Program-made: the position numbers and the translations under genes
Part shown: positions 25,980 through 35,853 of the stretch, one piece after another
Layout: each line of letters begins with the position of its first letter
How positions within the stretch are numbered: position 1 is the stretch's first letter
Notes under the pieces: generated by a model
What the model was told of the DNA's origin: nothing
What the model saw: the letters and a program-made list of their open reading frames with translations, nothing else
The model's database searches: none
Assembly: GCA_964365915.1 (NCBI GenBank)
Contig: CAYIRJ010000001.1
Span: 1-56,096 of the forward strand
Origin: Candidatus Woesearchaeota archaeon
Lineage (GTDB): Archaea > Nanobdellota > Nanobdellia > SCGC-AAA011-G17 > DATDVL01
Length of the DNA: 56,096 nt
Reading direction: 5' to 3'

Positions 25980-26687
25980 ATGGAAGAGAATGAATACAAA
26001 GCTATGTATGAAGTTGAAGAGAAGCATGCATGGTTTCGGGCCAAGCGGGAAATGATGATTGATTTATTCAGTAGATTTGGCAACAACGGTTCTGCAATTT
26101 TAGACATAGGCTGTGGCACAGGAGTCATTGCTAGTTTTTTTGCCCAAAAAAATCAAGTGATTGGTTTAGATATTTCTGCTACTGCTTTAAGGTATGCAAA
26201 AATGCGCGATAAGACGTTGAAATTAGTGAAAGGTGATGCGCAGAATGTAAAGTTCAAGCCAGAGACCTTTGATTGGGTGTTTGCTTCTGATGTCATTGAG
26301 CATGTGAAAGATGATTACAAGGCAATGCAAAATATTCATAACGTATTGAAACCGGGAGGGAAGATATTGATTACAGTACCCGCATTGGAATTCCTCTGGG
26401 GAAAAGATGATGATTTGGTGCATCACCAACGTCGCTACACAAAAAAACAACTAAAACAGTTGTTGAGTGCAAGCGGATTTACGATAGAGTTTCTCAATTA
26501 TTGGGATATTCTCATGTTTCCTGCAGTCGTTATCTACAAATTGTTGAACAAAAGTCAGACAGTAGCAGAACTAACGCCATTGGCAAACAAATTAGCGTAT
26601 GCAATTTTGAAAGCAGATACGAAACTTATTCAACATATTCCCGTACCCTTCGGAGTTTCTCTCGTCGCCATTGCAACGAAGCGATGA
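25980..26687 (+). CDS. Class I SAM-dependent methyltransferase
   Basis: ILDIGCGTG motif. The ATG at 25980 directly follows the upstream TAA. The longer ORF from 25737 only overlaps the GT2 gene. Confidence 0.8.
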   Translation: MEENEYKAMYEVEEKHAWFRAKREMMIDLFSRFGNNGSAILDIGCGTGVIASFFAQKNQVIGLDISATALRYAKMRDKTLKLVKGDAQNVKFKPETFDWVFASDVIEHVKDDYKAMQNIHNVLKPGGKILITVPALEFLWGKDDDLVHHQRRYTKKQLKQLLSASGFTIEFLNYWDILMFPAVVIYKLLNKSQTVAELTPLANKLAYAILKADTKLIQHIPVPFGVSLVAIATKR

Positions 26688-26830
26688 ATCGTCTTTGTCT
26701 GAGGACTAAAAATGACAGAAAGATTTTTATAAGAATGATGAGAAATAAGAACATGCAATAACGCAGTTCAGATAGGGGATATGACCAAAAGGATTTATTT
26801 GATGATTTGGTAAAAGAAGTACGGAATTGC

Positions 26831-27148
26831 ATGATCAGTGTATCAAGAAAAATTCAAAAAACTGGGGACCAGTATCAACTGGTAATCCCATTAAAAGGGG
26901 AAAATTATCGGATTTCTGTGGGTTATATCAGATTTCTGGATGCATATGAACTTGAAGTGAAGGACAGAAACTTTGAAGTGGTTCAAGAGTTTAAAGGAGA
27001 TCTTTTTAAGGAAACTCTCAGAGAATTATATCAATCTCTTAATGCAAAAATCGGGCAAAGAATAGCTGATGAAAATGAAGCAGCACGAAAAGAAAGACTT
27101 TGTCAATTGCGCGATGCCTGCAGTCTAGAACAGAAAGTTCAAGATTAA
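26831..27148 (+). CDS. Hypothetical small protein
   Basis: ORF only. The ATG at 26831 is preferred over the upstream TTG. Confidence 0.35.
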   Translation: MISVSRKIQKTGDQYQLVIPLKGENYRISVGYIRFLDAYELEVKDRNFEVVQEFKGDLFKETLRELYQSLNAKIGQRIADENEAARKERLCQLRDACSLEQKVQD

Positions 27149-27183
27149 CAACCCTTAAAAACCGTTTTTCTTCTTTTTTTCCT

Positions 27184-28752
27184 ATGCGATCGCGCTGGGT
27201 GTGGATACTCGTAGGAATTGCTCTGGTGTTGCGTTTGTTGCTTCTCACGTTTCATGAGACTGTGGAAATTGATGGTGTCTATTACATCACCATGGGCAAG
27301 AATTTCATCCAAGGAAATGGCTTGCGCGACATCGAAGGCAATATCAACACCGTCTTCATGCCTCTATATCCTATTTTTACTGGAGTAGTGAGCCTGATAG
27401 TGTCCAATGGGGAGCTTGCTGCTCGTTTGATTTCCATCATTTTCGGAGCATTGCTCATTCTTCCAGTCTATGGTCTTGCGCGTCGCATCTATGATCAAAA
27501 AGTAGCGCTGATTGCCGCAGCCATCACAGCAGTGTATCCCGCACTCACCTACATTTCAAGTATTACTTATGCAGATTCGCTGTACCTCTTCTTGATTACC
27601 AGCGCCATGTATACTGGATATCGTGCCTTGCAGAGTGGTGTGCTCAAGGAGTATATTGCCACTGCAGTGCTCTACAGCCTTGCGTATTTGACAAGACCCG
27701 AAGGATGGCTCTATATTCTCCTGACTGCCCTATATGTGCTCTGGCATAAAAGAGAACAATGGAAGAAAGCAATCAAGCCTGCAGCAACAGTACTAATCGT
27801 CGCATGTCTTGTGGTGCTTCCATATCTTGCATTTGTCTACACGCAGTCAGGAGATCTCTCATTGAGCAGCAAGGGATATGTTATTTACAAGTTCAGAGCC
27901 TACCAACCTTTCTCTGAAGAGTATGAAAAGAATATCTTTGGTTTGAACGAAGCGAAAGATGACATTCTCTTGAACCCGTACAAGGTGAGAGGAAGTTTTG
28001 TCAAGGAAGTAATTGCGCAGAGTGATGTATTCCTGCTGCGATACATCACGAATCTTGTTCGCGAGATCTATATAGTAATCCCGAAAGTCTTTCCCTTCAT
28101 CATTTTTTCACTATTTGCATTTGCTTTGCGAAGCTGGAACAAGGACGAATGGAAAAAAGAATCATATTTGCTGATGCTGGTGGCATATCCTATATTATTT
28201 TATCCTCTCTTCTGGGTGGAAGCACGGTACCTGCTCCCTATTCTTCCCATTGTGATACTCTGGGCGGGAAAAGGTATCGTGCAAATTGCTGAACGATGGA
28301 AGAGTATCAAGATTTCTTGGATGATAACAGGAATTATCCTTGTTTCCTTGCTGGGAAACATCTTTGCAAATCATCTGATTGACAGCAGATTTGAAAAAAT
28401 AAATCCTCCTGTGGAACACAAGCAGGCAGGGCTTTGGGTGAAGGAACAGTACATGCATCCGCGCATCATGGAGCGCAAGCCCTGGGTAAGTTTTTATGGT
28501 GGCGGCACCTTTGTGAATTTTCCCTATGTGAACAGTTATGATGAATTGATCATCTACGCATGCAACAACAAAGTAGATCTAATGGTGATTGATGAAAGGT
28601 ACACAGCACCTCTGCGTCCTCAAGTAGCAGCGCTCCTGGGATATCCCAACCCCACACTCTATCCTGAAGTGCACAAAGTCTATGAAGAACAGGCATATCC
28701 TCCGAAGAAGAGCATTATGATCTATCAGATAAATTGCGATAAGAACCTATAA
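27184..28752 (+). CDS. GT-C membrane glycosyltransferase (ArnT/PMT-like)
   Basis: Polytopic protein with an acidic first loop (HETVEIDGVYY) and a C-terminal soluble domain. ATG at 27184. Confidence 0.7.
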   Translation: MRSRWVWILVGIALVLRLLLLTFHETVEIDGVYYITMGKNFIQGNGLRDIEGNINTVFMPLYPIFTGVVSLIVSNGELAARLISIIFGALLILPVYGLARRIYDQKVALIAAAITAVYPALTYISSITYADSLYLFLITSAMYTGYRALQSGVLKEYIATAVLYSLAYLTRPEGWLYILLTALYVLWHKREQWKKAIKPAATVLIVACLVVLPYLAFVYTQSGDLSLSSKGYVIYKFRAYQPFSEEYEKNIFGLNEAKDDILLNPYKVRGSFVKEVIAQSDVFLLRYITNLVREIYIVIPKVFPFIIFSLFAFALRSWNKDEWKKESYLLMLVAYPILFYPLFWVEARYLLPILPIVILWAGKGIVQIAERWKSIKISWMITGIILVSLLGNIFANHLIDSRFEKINPPVEHKQAGLWVKEQYMHPRIMERKPWVSFYGGGTFVNFPYVNSYDELIIYACNNKVDLMVIDERYTAPLRPQVAALLGYPNPTLYPEVHKVYEEQAYPPKKSIMIYQINCDKNL

Positions 28753-28759
28753 AAAGAGT

Positions 28760-30361
28760 ATGGCAAGAGATGAGCTAATGGAAGGAGTGGAACAACGCCT
28801 GCGACTGTTGAATGTTCTCACCTCAAAAAAAGTTTGGATCATTGCCGCAATTCTTGTTTTTGCCTTTGTTCTTCGTTTTATTGTGGCAATCGTGCATGAG
28901 CCTCCTGCGCAATGGTGGGATTCAGGAGACCATCTTACCGGAGCAAAGGAAATATGGAACATCGCCGAGTACGATACGTATGAACTAAGCCCGCGACGCC
29001 CTTTCTTTCTGAGCATACTCTGGGGTTTTTTTCTCAAGCTGGGAGGTGATGACACAATATTATTGTTTGTATCTGTAGTGTTCTCCTTGGCAATCGTCTG
29101 GCTGACGTATCTTCTTGCCAAGAAGCTCTTTGATCAAAAAGTAGCATGGATTGCTGCTTTGCTTTCCGCGGTATTCTGGCAATATGTATTTCACACCACG
29201 CGCCTGCTCACTGATCTTCCTTCGCTTGCATTTTGGCTTGCTGCTGCATATTTCTTCTGGCAGGGCTATGTCGAGGAGCGCTCAAAAAAGGATTTGTTGC
29301 TTGCAGGTCTGTTCTTTGGTTTGGCATGGTTCACGCGCGCAGCAAGTTTGATTTACATCATTCCGTTGTTTGCTGTGGTAATAGTAAAGGAGCGAGCAAG
29401 ATTCTTCCTCAACAAGCGGCTCTGGATGATAGTACTCATTGCTATCGTTGCAATCTCTCCTTTTCTCATCTGGCTGTTCACTTCATTTGATAATCCGGTG
29501 CAGAAATTTACAGGGTTAGGAGGGGGAGAACAGCGCTTTGCCGGCAAGGGACAACCGAAGTATCTCTGGTTGAACTTGGAGCATATTGCAAACGATGTCA
29601 TGTCTCCAATGATCGCAGGAAAATTCTTCAGTCCGCGATTTTTAGGATTCTTTATCATGCTCATTGTTTTTTTCCTGTATGGAAGTCTGTTCTTGGGATT
29701 CGACATGTTATGGAAAACAAAGGATAAGCAGTTGCTCAAGCGTTGGTTTTTGCTGGTTTGGCTGCTGACTCCCTATGTATTCTATAGCCTGACTGCTGCA
29801 GGCGTTGAGGATCGTTATTTGTTTGGGATGTTTCCTGTCCTGTTCATGGCGCTGGGAGAAGGAATCGTAAAGATAGGATCCTTCATAAAAAACCAAAGCA
29901 AAATCCTTTCCTATGCGATAGTTGTCGCAATACTACTTGTTCTCATGTATGGCCATACTGTCGCTGGCTATAACGCTGCGCTCAATGCAAAAAGCGGATT
30001 TGCAGAGGTTGCCTTTGCAGGACAGTGGATCAAAATGAATTCCAATCCAGATGATGCAGTCATTACCGCTTCCAAATACCAGAACATGTATTACAGTGAG
30101 AGAAACACGTATCCCTTTATTGCAAAAGCAGAAGACAGGGAAAATGCATCTTCATTTACTACACGCTTAGAAGAAATTCATCCAAAGTTTGTTATCATAT
30201 CTGTTTACGAGCCTGCCTTCACTCCACCCTGGACCTACAATTTTCCGCAGGAACATCCGGAATTGTTGCAGCCGGTGCAGGCGTATTATGACCAGAACAA
30301 AAATCCAAGATTAGTGGTGTATGGGTATTTGAAGCATCCTGCGTTCATGCAACAACAGTAA
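28760..30361 (+). CDS. GT-C membrane glycosyltransferase (ArnT/PMT-like)
   Basis: Same architecture as the preceding gene. Confidence 0.7.
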   Translation: MARDELMEGVEQRLRLLNVLTSKKVWIIAAILVFAFVLRFIVAIVHEPPAQWWDSGDHLTGAKEIWNIAEYDTYELSPRRPFFLSILWGFFLKLGGDDTILLFVSVVFSLAIVWLTYLLAKKLFDQKVAWIAALLSAVFWQYVFHTTRLLTDLPSLAFWLAAAYFFWQGYVEERSKKDLLLAGLFFGLAWFTRAASLIYIIPLFAVVIVKERARFFLNKRLWMIVLIAIVAISPFLIWLFTSFDNPVQKFTGLGGGEQRFAGKGQPKYLWLNLEHIANDVMSPMIAGKFFSPRFLGFFIMLIVFFLYGSLFLGFDMLWKTKDKQLLKRWFLLVWLLTPYVFYSLTAAGVEDRYLFGMFPVLFMALGEGIVKIGSFIKNQSKILSYAIVVAILLVLMYGHTVAGYNAALNAKSGFAEVAFAGQWIKMNSNPDDAVITASKYQNMYYSERNTYPFIAKAEDRENASSFTTRLEEIHPKFVIISVYEPAFTPPWTYNFPQEHPELLQPVQAYYDQNKNPRLVVYGYLKHPAFMQQQ

Positions 30362-30554
30362 AATACTAGATAAGATAACACCCATTGAAAAAATTGACTA
30401 ATGCATCAGACATTGAATGTCGTTCTTGAGTATTTGGAACAGCGAGGATTAATTCTTGATGGACATAAGGGCATTCTTTGGACACACAATGATAATCCTA
30501 AATTGCGTAGAGCAATAAATCAAGGAACCGAAATATGACATTTAGTGTGCAAAA

Positions 30555-31682
30555 TCAAGAATAAAGATTCCTTCCATCGCATCGTACGTCAGGAAGTCCC
30601 ATCATTGCCAAGAGAGTAGGAAACAAGTCCACAATGTGTGCTTCCTGTTTCCCTGAAAACCCCTTTACCAAATAAAACGCTTTCTGCTCTTTAGGATTCC
30701 ATCCATGCATGGCTTTATACTGCATATTCTTCGTGAAAAAGCTGGGGCTGAAAACGACCCCTTTCTTTGCTAAGAAAACAACATGGCTGGTAGCAGGCAA
30801 TCGAAAGACATGCTGGTCAATAATGGTTCCTTCAGTAATGCAGGATAATGCATGCACCACGATATTGCGCGCCTCAGCAGTGGAAAACCAGAAACGTGCA
30901 TACGTGCTTCCTAAAAAGTACGTATAATCTTTCCCAAATTTCAGCTTGAGCTTCTGCAGTTCAGCTTCCAAATCAAAAATTTCCTGAATGTAATCCATGC
31001 CGTGGTCTGAGAAAAAAACCATCTGCTCCTCATCAAGTTCCTGGCAATAGCCATCAATTTCTCGCAGCTTTGCTTTCACTTCTTCAGAATTCGGGCCATA
31101 GATGTGCCCAACATGATCCAAGTCTCCAAAGTGAATAAAATTAAAGTCAGCAGCACAGCTCCGTGCATGTCGTATGACTGTTGCAGAATCATTTTTGAAG
31201 AAAAGTCTGCTTTTTCTGTTGTGGAAGACAAAAGGCCAGTCGACTGCAGCAAAGCTTTTCCCTGCTCGTTCCAAGTAATCAAAAAGCGTAGGCAAAGGCA
31301 AGCATCCACGCTGCATCCAGATTTTTTCTAGTGTTGGCTTGAAATGGCGCGCCTTTGATTGATGCACTTTCAAGGGAGTGTAAAAATAAAGATTGCGGGA
31401 AAGATAGCGTAGCCCGTTGGCAAGAATTCTGTTGCGGATAATAAAGGGAGCAGGAGTTTTTCTTTTTTCAAAGACATCAATCACCCCATGTTTTTCTGGA
31501 TGGAATCCCGTCATGAAAGAAGCGACAATGCTGGTATAGCCAAAAGGCACTTCTAGATTCCCATGAAGAGAGTGCTGCGCAAGATTTCGTAAATAAGGGG
31601 TGTGTTGCAGGTATTCTTGTTTAAATCCGTCTAAGAAGATGCACTTCATAACAGCCTCTGCGTGTAATATTTTCCATAGCAA
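30555..31682 (-). CDS. Alkaline-phosphatase-superfamily enzyme (nucleotide pyrophosphatase/phosphodiesterase-like)
   Basis: IFLDGF, GYTSIVASFMTGFHPEKHGV and FIHFGDLDHVGHIYGP motifs. Confidence 0.7.
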   Translation of the reverse strand: MLWKILHAEAVMKCIFLDGFKQEYLQHTPYLRNLAQHSLHGNLEVPFGYTSIVASFMTGFHPEKHGVIDVFEKRKTPAPFIIRNRILANGLRYLSRNLYFYTPLKVHQSKARHFKPTLEKIWMQRGCLPLPTLFDYLERAGKSFAAVDWPFVFHNRKSRLFFKNDSATVIRHARSCAADFNFIHFGDLDHVGHIYGPNSEEVKAKLREIDGYCQELDEEQMVFFSDHGMDYIQEIFDLEAELQKLKLKFGKDYTYFLGSTYARFWFSTAEARNIVVHALSCITEGTIIDQHVFRLPATSHVVFLAKKGVVFSPSFFTKNMQYKAMHGWNPKEQKAFYLVKGFSGKQEAHIVDLFPTLLAMMGLPDVRCDGRNLYS

Positions 31683-32833
31683 TAGAGTGCAGCTTTTCGT
31701 AATGCTTCAAAAGCTTCTCCTTCTACAGGAGCCAGATATTTGAGGTAGTGTTTGCATGCATCGAGTAGCTGAGGATCTTCCAATGCATATAAGAGCAAAA
31801 ATGCAGGCATGAACACTCTCACTCCGACATCCCGCCATTTCATGAGTGCTGGAACATATCGTGTTCGCAAGAAGTACAACCCATTCAGTCCATACTGCAG
31901 AGGAACTGCAGCTCTCCCGATCGAAAGATAGGGAACATGGTATTGCAATGGCAATTTTTGATAAATCTTTTGCATCAGCTCTTCCTTGCGTGTTGCAAAA
32001 ATCCTCAGGTCATGCTGCGCAAGGTAATTGATCGTGAAATACAGGGCATCACGTGCCTCCTTCCAGAACTGCACAGGATCTTTGATTTTTGCAGGCTGAA
32101 AGTCGCACTTCATGCGCGTCGCAAATGTTACCTTTTTTGCCAGATCTGGCATTTCCTTTCCGTACAGCTTCTTGAACAAGGCAGCTCTCCCGCGATACGT
32201 TCCGGAAAAATGGTGCTTCAAAAGAAGTAATGCTTCTGCGCATCCCATGAACGTTTTCAGTGCATAGTAGATGCAGATAAGCTTTTCATCATCCTTAAAT
32301 TTTCCTTGCCATCTTCGTTCATCCATCGCTAAAAGTAAAAGGCAGGACTTGTTGATCATGTGCCGCCATCCTTCAGAAAGGGGAAGGTCCCGTTCCGTAA
32401 TCTGGATGAGATCACGATAATCATTTCCATACAGTAATTGCGTGCTGTATTTGATTTCATACGTGCGCGTGGTGGGCTTGAGCTTGGATAAGGCAGCAAC
32501 AGGAATTGCCCGCAAGTCCACATGGAAAAACTTTTTCCTCTGATATCCTGTTCCGTCAGTCTCGATGAATTCTCCACCACCCATTCCGATGGCAGCAGAT
32601 GCTTTTTTTCCCACGCGCTCCAGTTCTGCATCAGGGACCGCTCTCTCAGTAATAATATATATGTCAAAATCGTTGAACACTTCCTTCCGGTTCAGAATAG
32701 TCCCTTCTCCCTTGCCAAAGCTGCCGAACATCAGCACGCTTAGCGGCTGCAGTTCTTCTACAATAATCTGTGTTACTCTCTTCACTTTTTCTTTCACCAT
32801 TCCTTCAATGTGCTTATGATGGGTAGTAAACAT
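31646..32833 (-). CDS. Pol-beta-superfamily nucleotidyltransferase domain protein
   Basis: LMFGSFGKGEG followed by DFDIYII. Confidence 0.6.
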   Translation of the reverse strand: MFTTHHKHIEGMVKEKVKRVTQIIVEELQPLSVLMFGSFGKGEGTILNRKEVFNDFDIYIITERAVPDAELERVGKKASAAIGMGGGEFIETDGTGYQRKKFFHVDLRAIPVAALSKLKPTTRTYEIKYSTQLLYGNDYRDLIQITERDLPLSEGWRHMINKSCLLLLAMDERRWQGKFKDDEKLICIYYALKTFMGCAEALLLLKHHFSGTYRGRAALFKKLYGKEMPDLAKKVTFATRMKCDFQPAKIKDPVQFWKEARDALYFTINYLAQHDLRIFATRKEELMQKIYQKLPLQYHVPYLSIGRAAVPLQYGLNGLYFLRTRYVPALMKWRDVGVRVFMPAFLLLYALEDPQLLDACKHYLKYLAPVEGEAFEALRKAALYCYGKYYTQRLL

Positions 32834-33765
32834 CAGAAGTACCTCTCTTCCCGCATCGATAAAATCCCTCCAAGGATGGTGCCAATCAACCCAATGACGC
32901 GATTGATCAATGCAAGAGAAAGAGCAACTGCAGGGTCAATGCCAAACACTTTATTGAACAGCACGGTGATGGCCAGTTCAGAAGTGCCAATGCCCCCCAC
33001 AGTGATGGGAATTAAGGTGATCAGCGTGGCAATGGAGGAGACGAAGATAAAGGAAAGCAGGGGCACGTTCACATGCAGTGCAAGCGCAATTAGGTACATC
33101 TGCAAGTACAGCACAAACCAAACCCCAAGCGTAGCAATAATAGGAAGAACAATCTGCTGTGGTTTCAGCAGGGTTGCATGAAACGCTTCAAAGGAAATGC
33201 GCGCCCGATCTTTGAATTTTCTCGGAACCAGAAAGTAGAATACCCTCCAGATAAAAAAATTCCGTGTCGGTTCGTGGAGGGAAAGCAGCAGGACGACGAT
33301 CAATACCAAAAAAAGAATGAGGAACTGAAAAAAAATACCATGAAAGTATTTCAATGTCACGATCGATCCCAAAAATGCAAAGGATGCTACGGTGAACAAG
33401 TCAAAGAAGCGTTCCAGGGTGACAGAGGAAATGCAGGCCCCAATGTTTTTTTTCGTGCGCTCCTTCAGATGAAATATTTTAGAGAACGTTCCGATTCTTC
33501 CCGGAGTGATGTTGCCATAAAAATTACTAATCAAATGCACTTTGAGGATATAAGAAAAAGGCAAGAAGATGCTCTGGCGATGCAGGATCAAGTTCCATTT
33601 CCACGCTTGCGCAGCAATAATAACAAAGCTCAGTGCAATGCTGAGCAGCACATAATTCCATTGGACAGTAGGGAGCGTCTCTGCAAGCTTGTCAAATCCC
33701 ACTCTGTGGATAACGTAAAGAAATAAAAGAATCCCTATCAGCGGAAGAAGCTTTCGAATTTTCAT
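32833..33765 (-). CDS. Flippase-like membrane protein (lysyl-PG synthase TM region / UPF0104-like)
   Basis: About 8 TM segments. The N-terminus (KIRKLLPLIGILLFLYVIHRVGFDKL) is typical of this family. Confidence 0.65.
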   Translation of the reverse strand: MKIRKLLPLIGILLFLYVIHRVGFDKLAETLPTVQWNYVLLSIALSFVIIAAQAWKWNLILHRQSIFLPFSYILKVHLISNFYGNITPGRIGTFSKIFHLKERTKKNIGACISSVTLERFFDLFTVASFAFLGSIVTLKYFHGIFFQFLILFLVLIVVLLLSLHEPTRNFFIWRVFYFLVPRKFKDRARISFEAFHATLLKPQQIVLPIIATLGVWFVLYLQMYLIALALHVNVPLLSFIFVSSIATLITLIPITVGGIGTSELAITVLFNKVFGIDPAVALSLALINRVIGLIGTILGGILSMREERYF

Positions 33766-33774
33766 AGGTCATGG

Positions 33775-35736
33775 TTATTCGTGGATAGGGCGTGAAAAGT
33801 CTTTCAGATGGCCTGCAACTGCCTTCACTCCCTTAAGCGTGTACAGCACGTCTTCAAAGGATCTGATTTTCGTGAGATGGCGCAGGATATATTCAGGATG
33901 CAGGAACACATAGTAGATGCGCTTGCACATACCTTCCACTTCTGCAGGGGTCATATCTGGCGTCTTGAAGATCGGCTCTGCCATGTCGAAGCGCTCATAG
34001 TCATACGGATTAATGCCGGGCCTGAACCATCCTTTCTCAATGCCTTCTTTCCATAAGGGCGTTCCAGGATACGGAACAATGACTGTAGACTGCAGCACAT
34101 CTGCATATCCCTTTCTCATGAGATACTTGCTGAGCTTGACCGTTTCCATAGTATCTTTCTTGTACTCCCAAGGGTATCCGACCATCATGGTAAGATGCAC
34201 AGTCAACCCCGCTTTCTTCGCATCCCTGCAGCTCGCAACAACCTCGTCAACTCTTGTTCCTTTGTCCAGCTTGTCAATGGTTTTCTGGCATCCTGATTCC
34301 AGCCCGTATTTGAGCAGCCTAAATCCTGCGCGCCCCATGTGTTTATACTCTTCAGCATTAACTGCGCCAAAGCGCATGTTGCAGGAATAAATCACTTTTT
34401 TATTGTAGCCAGAAGAAATCATCAAATCGCAGAATTTTTTCAGCCACGGCCCAACAGTGATGGTCCCAGCATCATCGAAAATTTCTTGCACGCCACATTC
34501 ATCAACTAAATATTTCACTTCCTGCATCACATTTTCAGGCGAGCGTGCTCTAAACGTTCCTTTCGGATAAAGCGTATGGTCCCAGACGCAATTAGAAACA
34601 TTCAATAAATTTGCTGTATAGGAGTGTTCTCCCGGAACTGAAAGGTTATATACAGGACCGAAATAGTCTTCTGCAGATATTTCCTTGATAAGGAAGTATG
34701 AACGTTCAAACGTGGTCTCTTGAATTTGTAATGTTTCTTTGCCACGAATAATGTCCTGCATCTTTTGATTAAAGAGGGAAACAACAAGATCTCCTTCTTT
34801 TAGCTGTGATGCTTCTATCAATTGCTCTTCATTATTCCTTTTTACATAAATTTTATGATTAGGAGTACAGCGAAGTTCTGGAAATTCTTCAACATTAATT
34901 TTTATAAGTTTACCAGAATAATCTCGCTGAAAAATAAAATCAGGTTTTTGGTAATTTCCTGTATGGGTAAGAATTTCATCGCGAAGGGTGATCTGTTGAA
35001 TGGGAGTAATACCATTTTTGGTTGCAATCAATGTTTCAGGGGTAAAACAAAATGTACATCTCCCCCACCAGCAGTCTCTTCCCGACATGATGTAAGCGAG
35101 CGGCCTCCCGATGAGGTTGAATTCCTTTTGGTAGAGATCATTGCGCGTAAACTTTCGATCAATAATGGGGGCAGCATCTAAGGGCTTTTTCAGCTCATAT
35201 CTTCCGTGCTCAATAATATTTTTTCCTTTCCTGTACCAGATGCCGCGAGGGATATCTTTCTTATGTTCCAGCGCATCTGCCAATTCCACCATGGCAAAGT
35301 CATAGTAGCCTCCGCAAATCAAGAAATCGAGTTTGCAGCGCTGCATGGTCTCTTCAGGAAAAGCAGAAAGGTGATCCCCCATCATACAGATTTGCATTTT
35401 GGGATAGCGTTCCTTCAGGATGTCAATAGCCTGCCAGTGCTTTTTCACCACAGGGCTTTTGGTTTCAAAAAAAAACAAGTCAGGCTGCACTTCATCAAGA
35501 AAGGAATAAAATTCTTCTTCAGTGATGTTTTCAGCAATGCAGTCCTTCCAGTAGGTTTCCCAGCCCTCATTTCTTAGCCAGGTAGCTCCAGTAGCAAGCG
35601 CAACAGGGAATAAAAAAGTCGGGTTGTTGAAGTATTGGAATTGCCTATTTTGGCTTAAAAGAGGCGTCCCTTTAGAGGAAAGCGTAGGAGGATAGCCAAC
35701 AACAATTTTCAAAGATTTCTTTTTCACCACCATCAT
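33775..35736 (-). CDS. B12-binding-domain radical SAM protein interrupted by a mini-intein
   Basis: Cys motif DCWWGRCTF/C. The N-terminal half is Rossmann-like. The C-terminal part is radical-SAM TIM-barrel-like. Confidence 0.85.
   Translation of the reverse strand: MMVVKKKSLKIVVGYPPTLSSKGTPLLSQNRQFQYFNNPTFLFPVALATGATWLRNEGWETYWKDCIAENITEEEFYSFLDEVQPDLFFFETKSPVVKKHWQAIDILKERYPKMQICMMGDHLSAFPEETMQRCKLDFLICGGYYDFAMVELADALEHKKDIPRGIWYRKGKNIIEHGRYELKKPLDAAPIIDRKFTRNDLYQKEFNLIGRPLAYIMSGRDCWWGRCTFCFTPETLIATKNGITPIQQITLRDEILTHTGNYQKPDFIFQRDYSGKLIKINVEEFPELRCTPNHKIYVKRNNEEQLIEASQLKEGDLVVSLFNQKMQDIIRGKETLQIQETTFERSYFLIKEISAEDYFGPVYNLSVPGEHSYTANLLNVSNCVWDHTLYPKGTFRARSPENVMQEVKYLVDECGVQEIFDDAGTITVGPWLKKFCDLMISSGYNKKVIYSCNMRFGAVNAEEYKHMGRAGFRLLKYGLESGCQKTIDKLDKGTRVDEVVASCRDAKKAGLTVHLTMMVGYPWEYKKDTMETVKLSKYLMRKGYADVLQSTVIVPYPGTPLWKEGIEKGWFRPGINPYDYERFDMAEPIFKTPDMTPAEVEGMCKRIYYVFLHPEYILRHLTKIRSFEDVLYTLKGVKAVAGHLKDFSRPIHE
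34591..35049 (-). mobile_element. Mini-intein (153 aa, no homing endonuclease domain)
   Basis: Block A CFTPETLIATKNG, block B TPNHKIY, block F GPVYNLSVPGEHSYTAN, block G LLNVSN followed by a +1 Cys (CVWD). Confidence 0.8.
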
Positions 35737-35853
35737 TTCCTTTCAAGAAAAGAGATTTATAAATCTTGTGAGTAGCAGGATCATAGTTACTAAATAGGTA
35801 ACCAAGTACATGATATTCATAAGCTTTAAATATACTATCATTATAATGATAAT

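Noticed and set aside
30401-30538. A 45-aa ORF (MHQTLNVVLEYLEQRGLILDGHKGILWTHNDNPKLRRAINQGTEI) in the gap after the GT-C gene
   Set aside because: No recognisable motif or clear promoter was found. It cannot be supported as a gene from sequence alone.
33178-33726. A 182-aa plus-strand ORF
   Set aside because: It is antisense to the well-formed polytopic flippase-like gene, and its composition is charged and low-complexity. It was treated as a shadow ORF. The same applies to 10550-10942 and 11009-11323.
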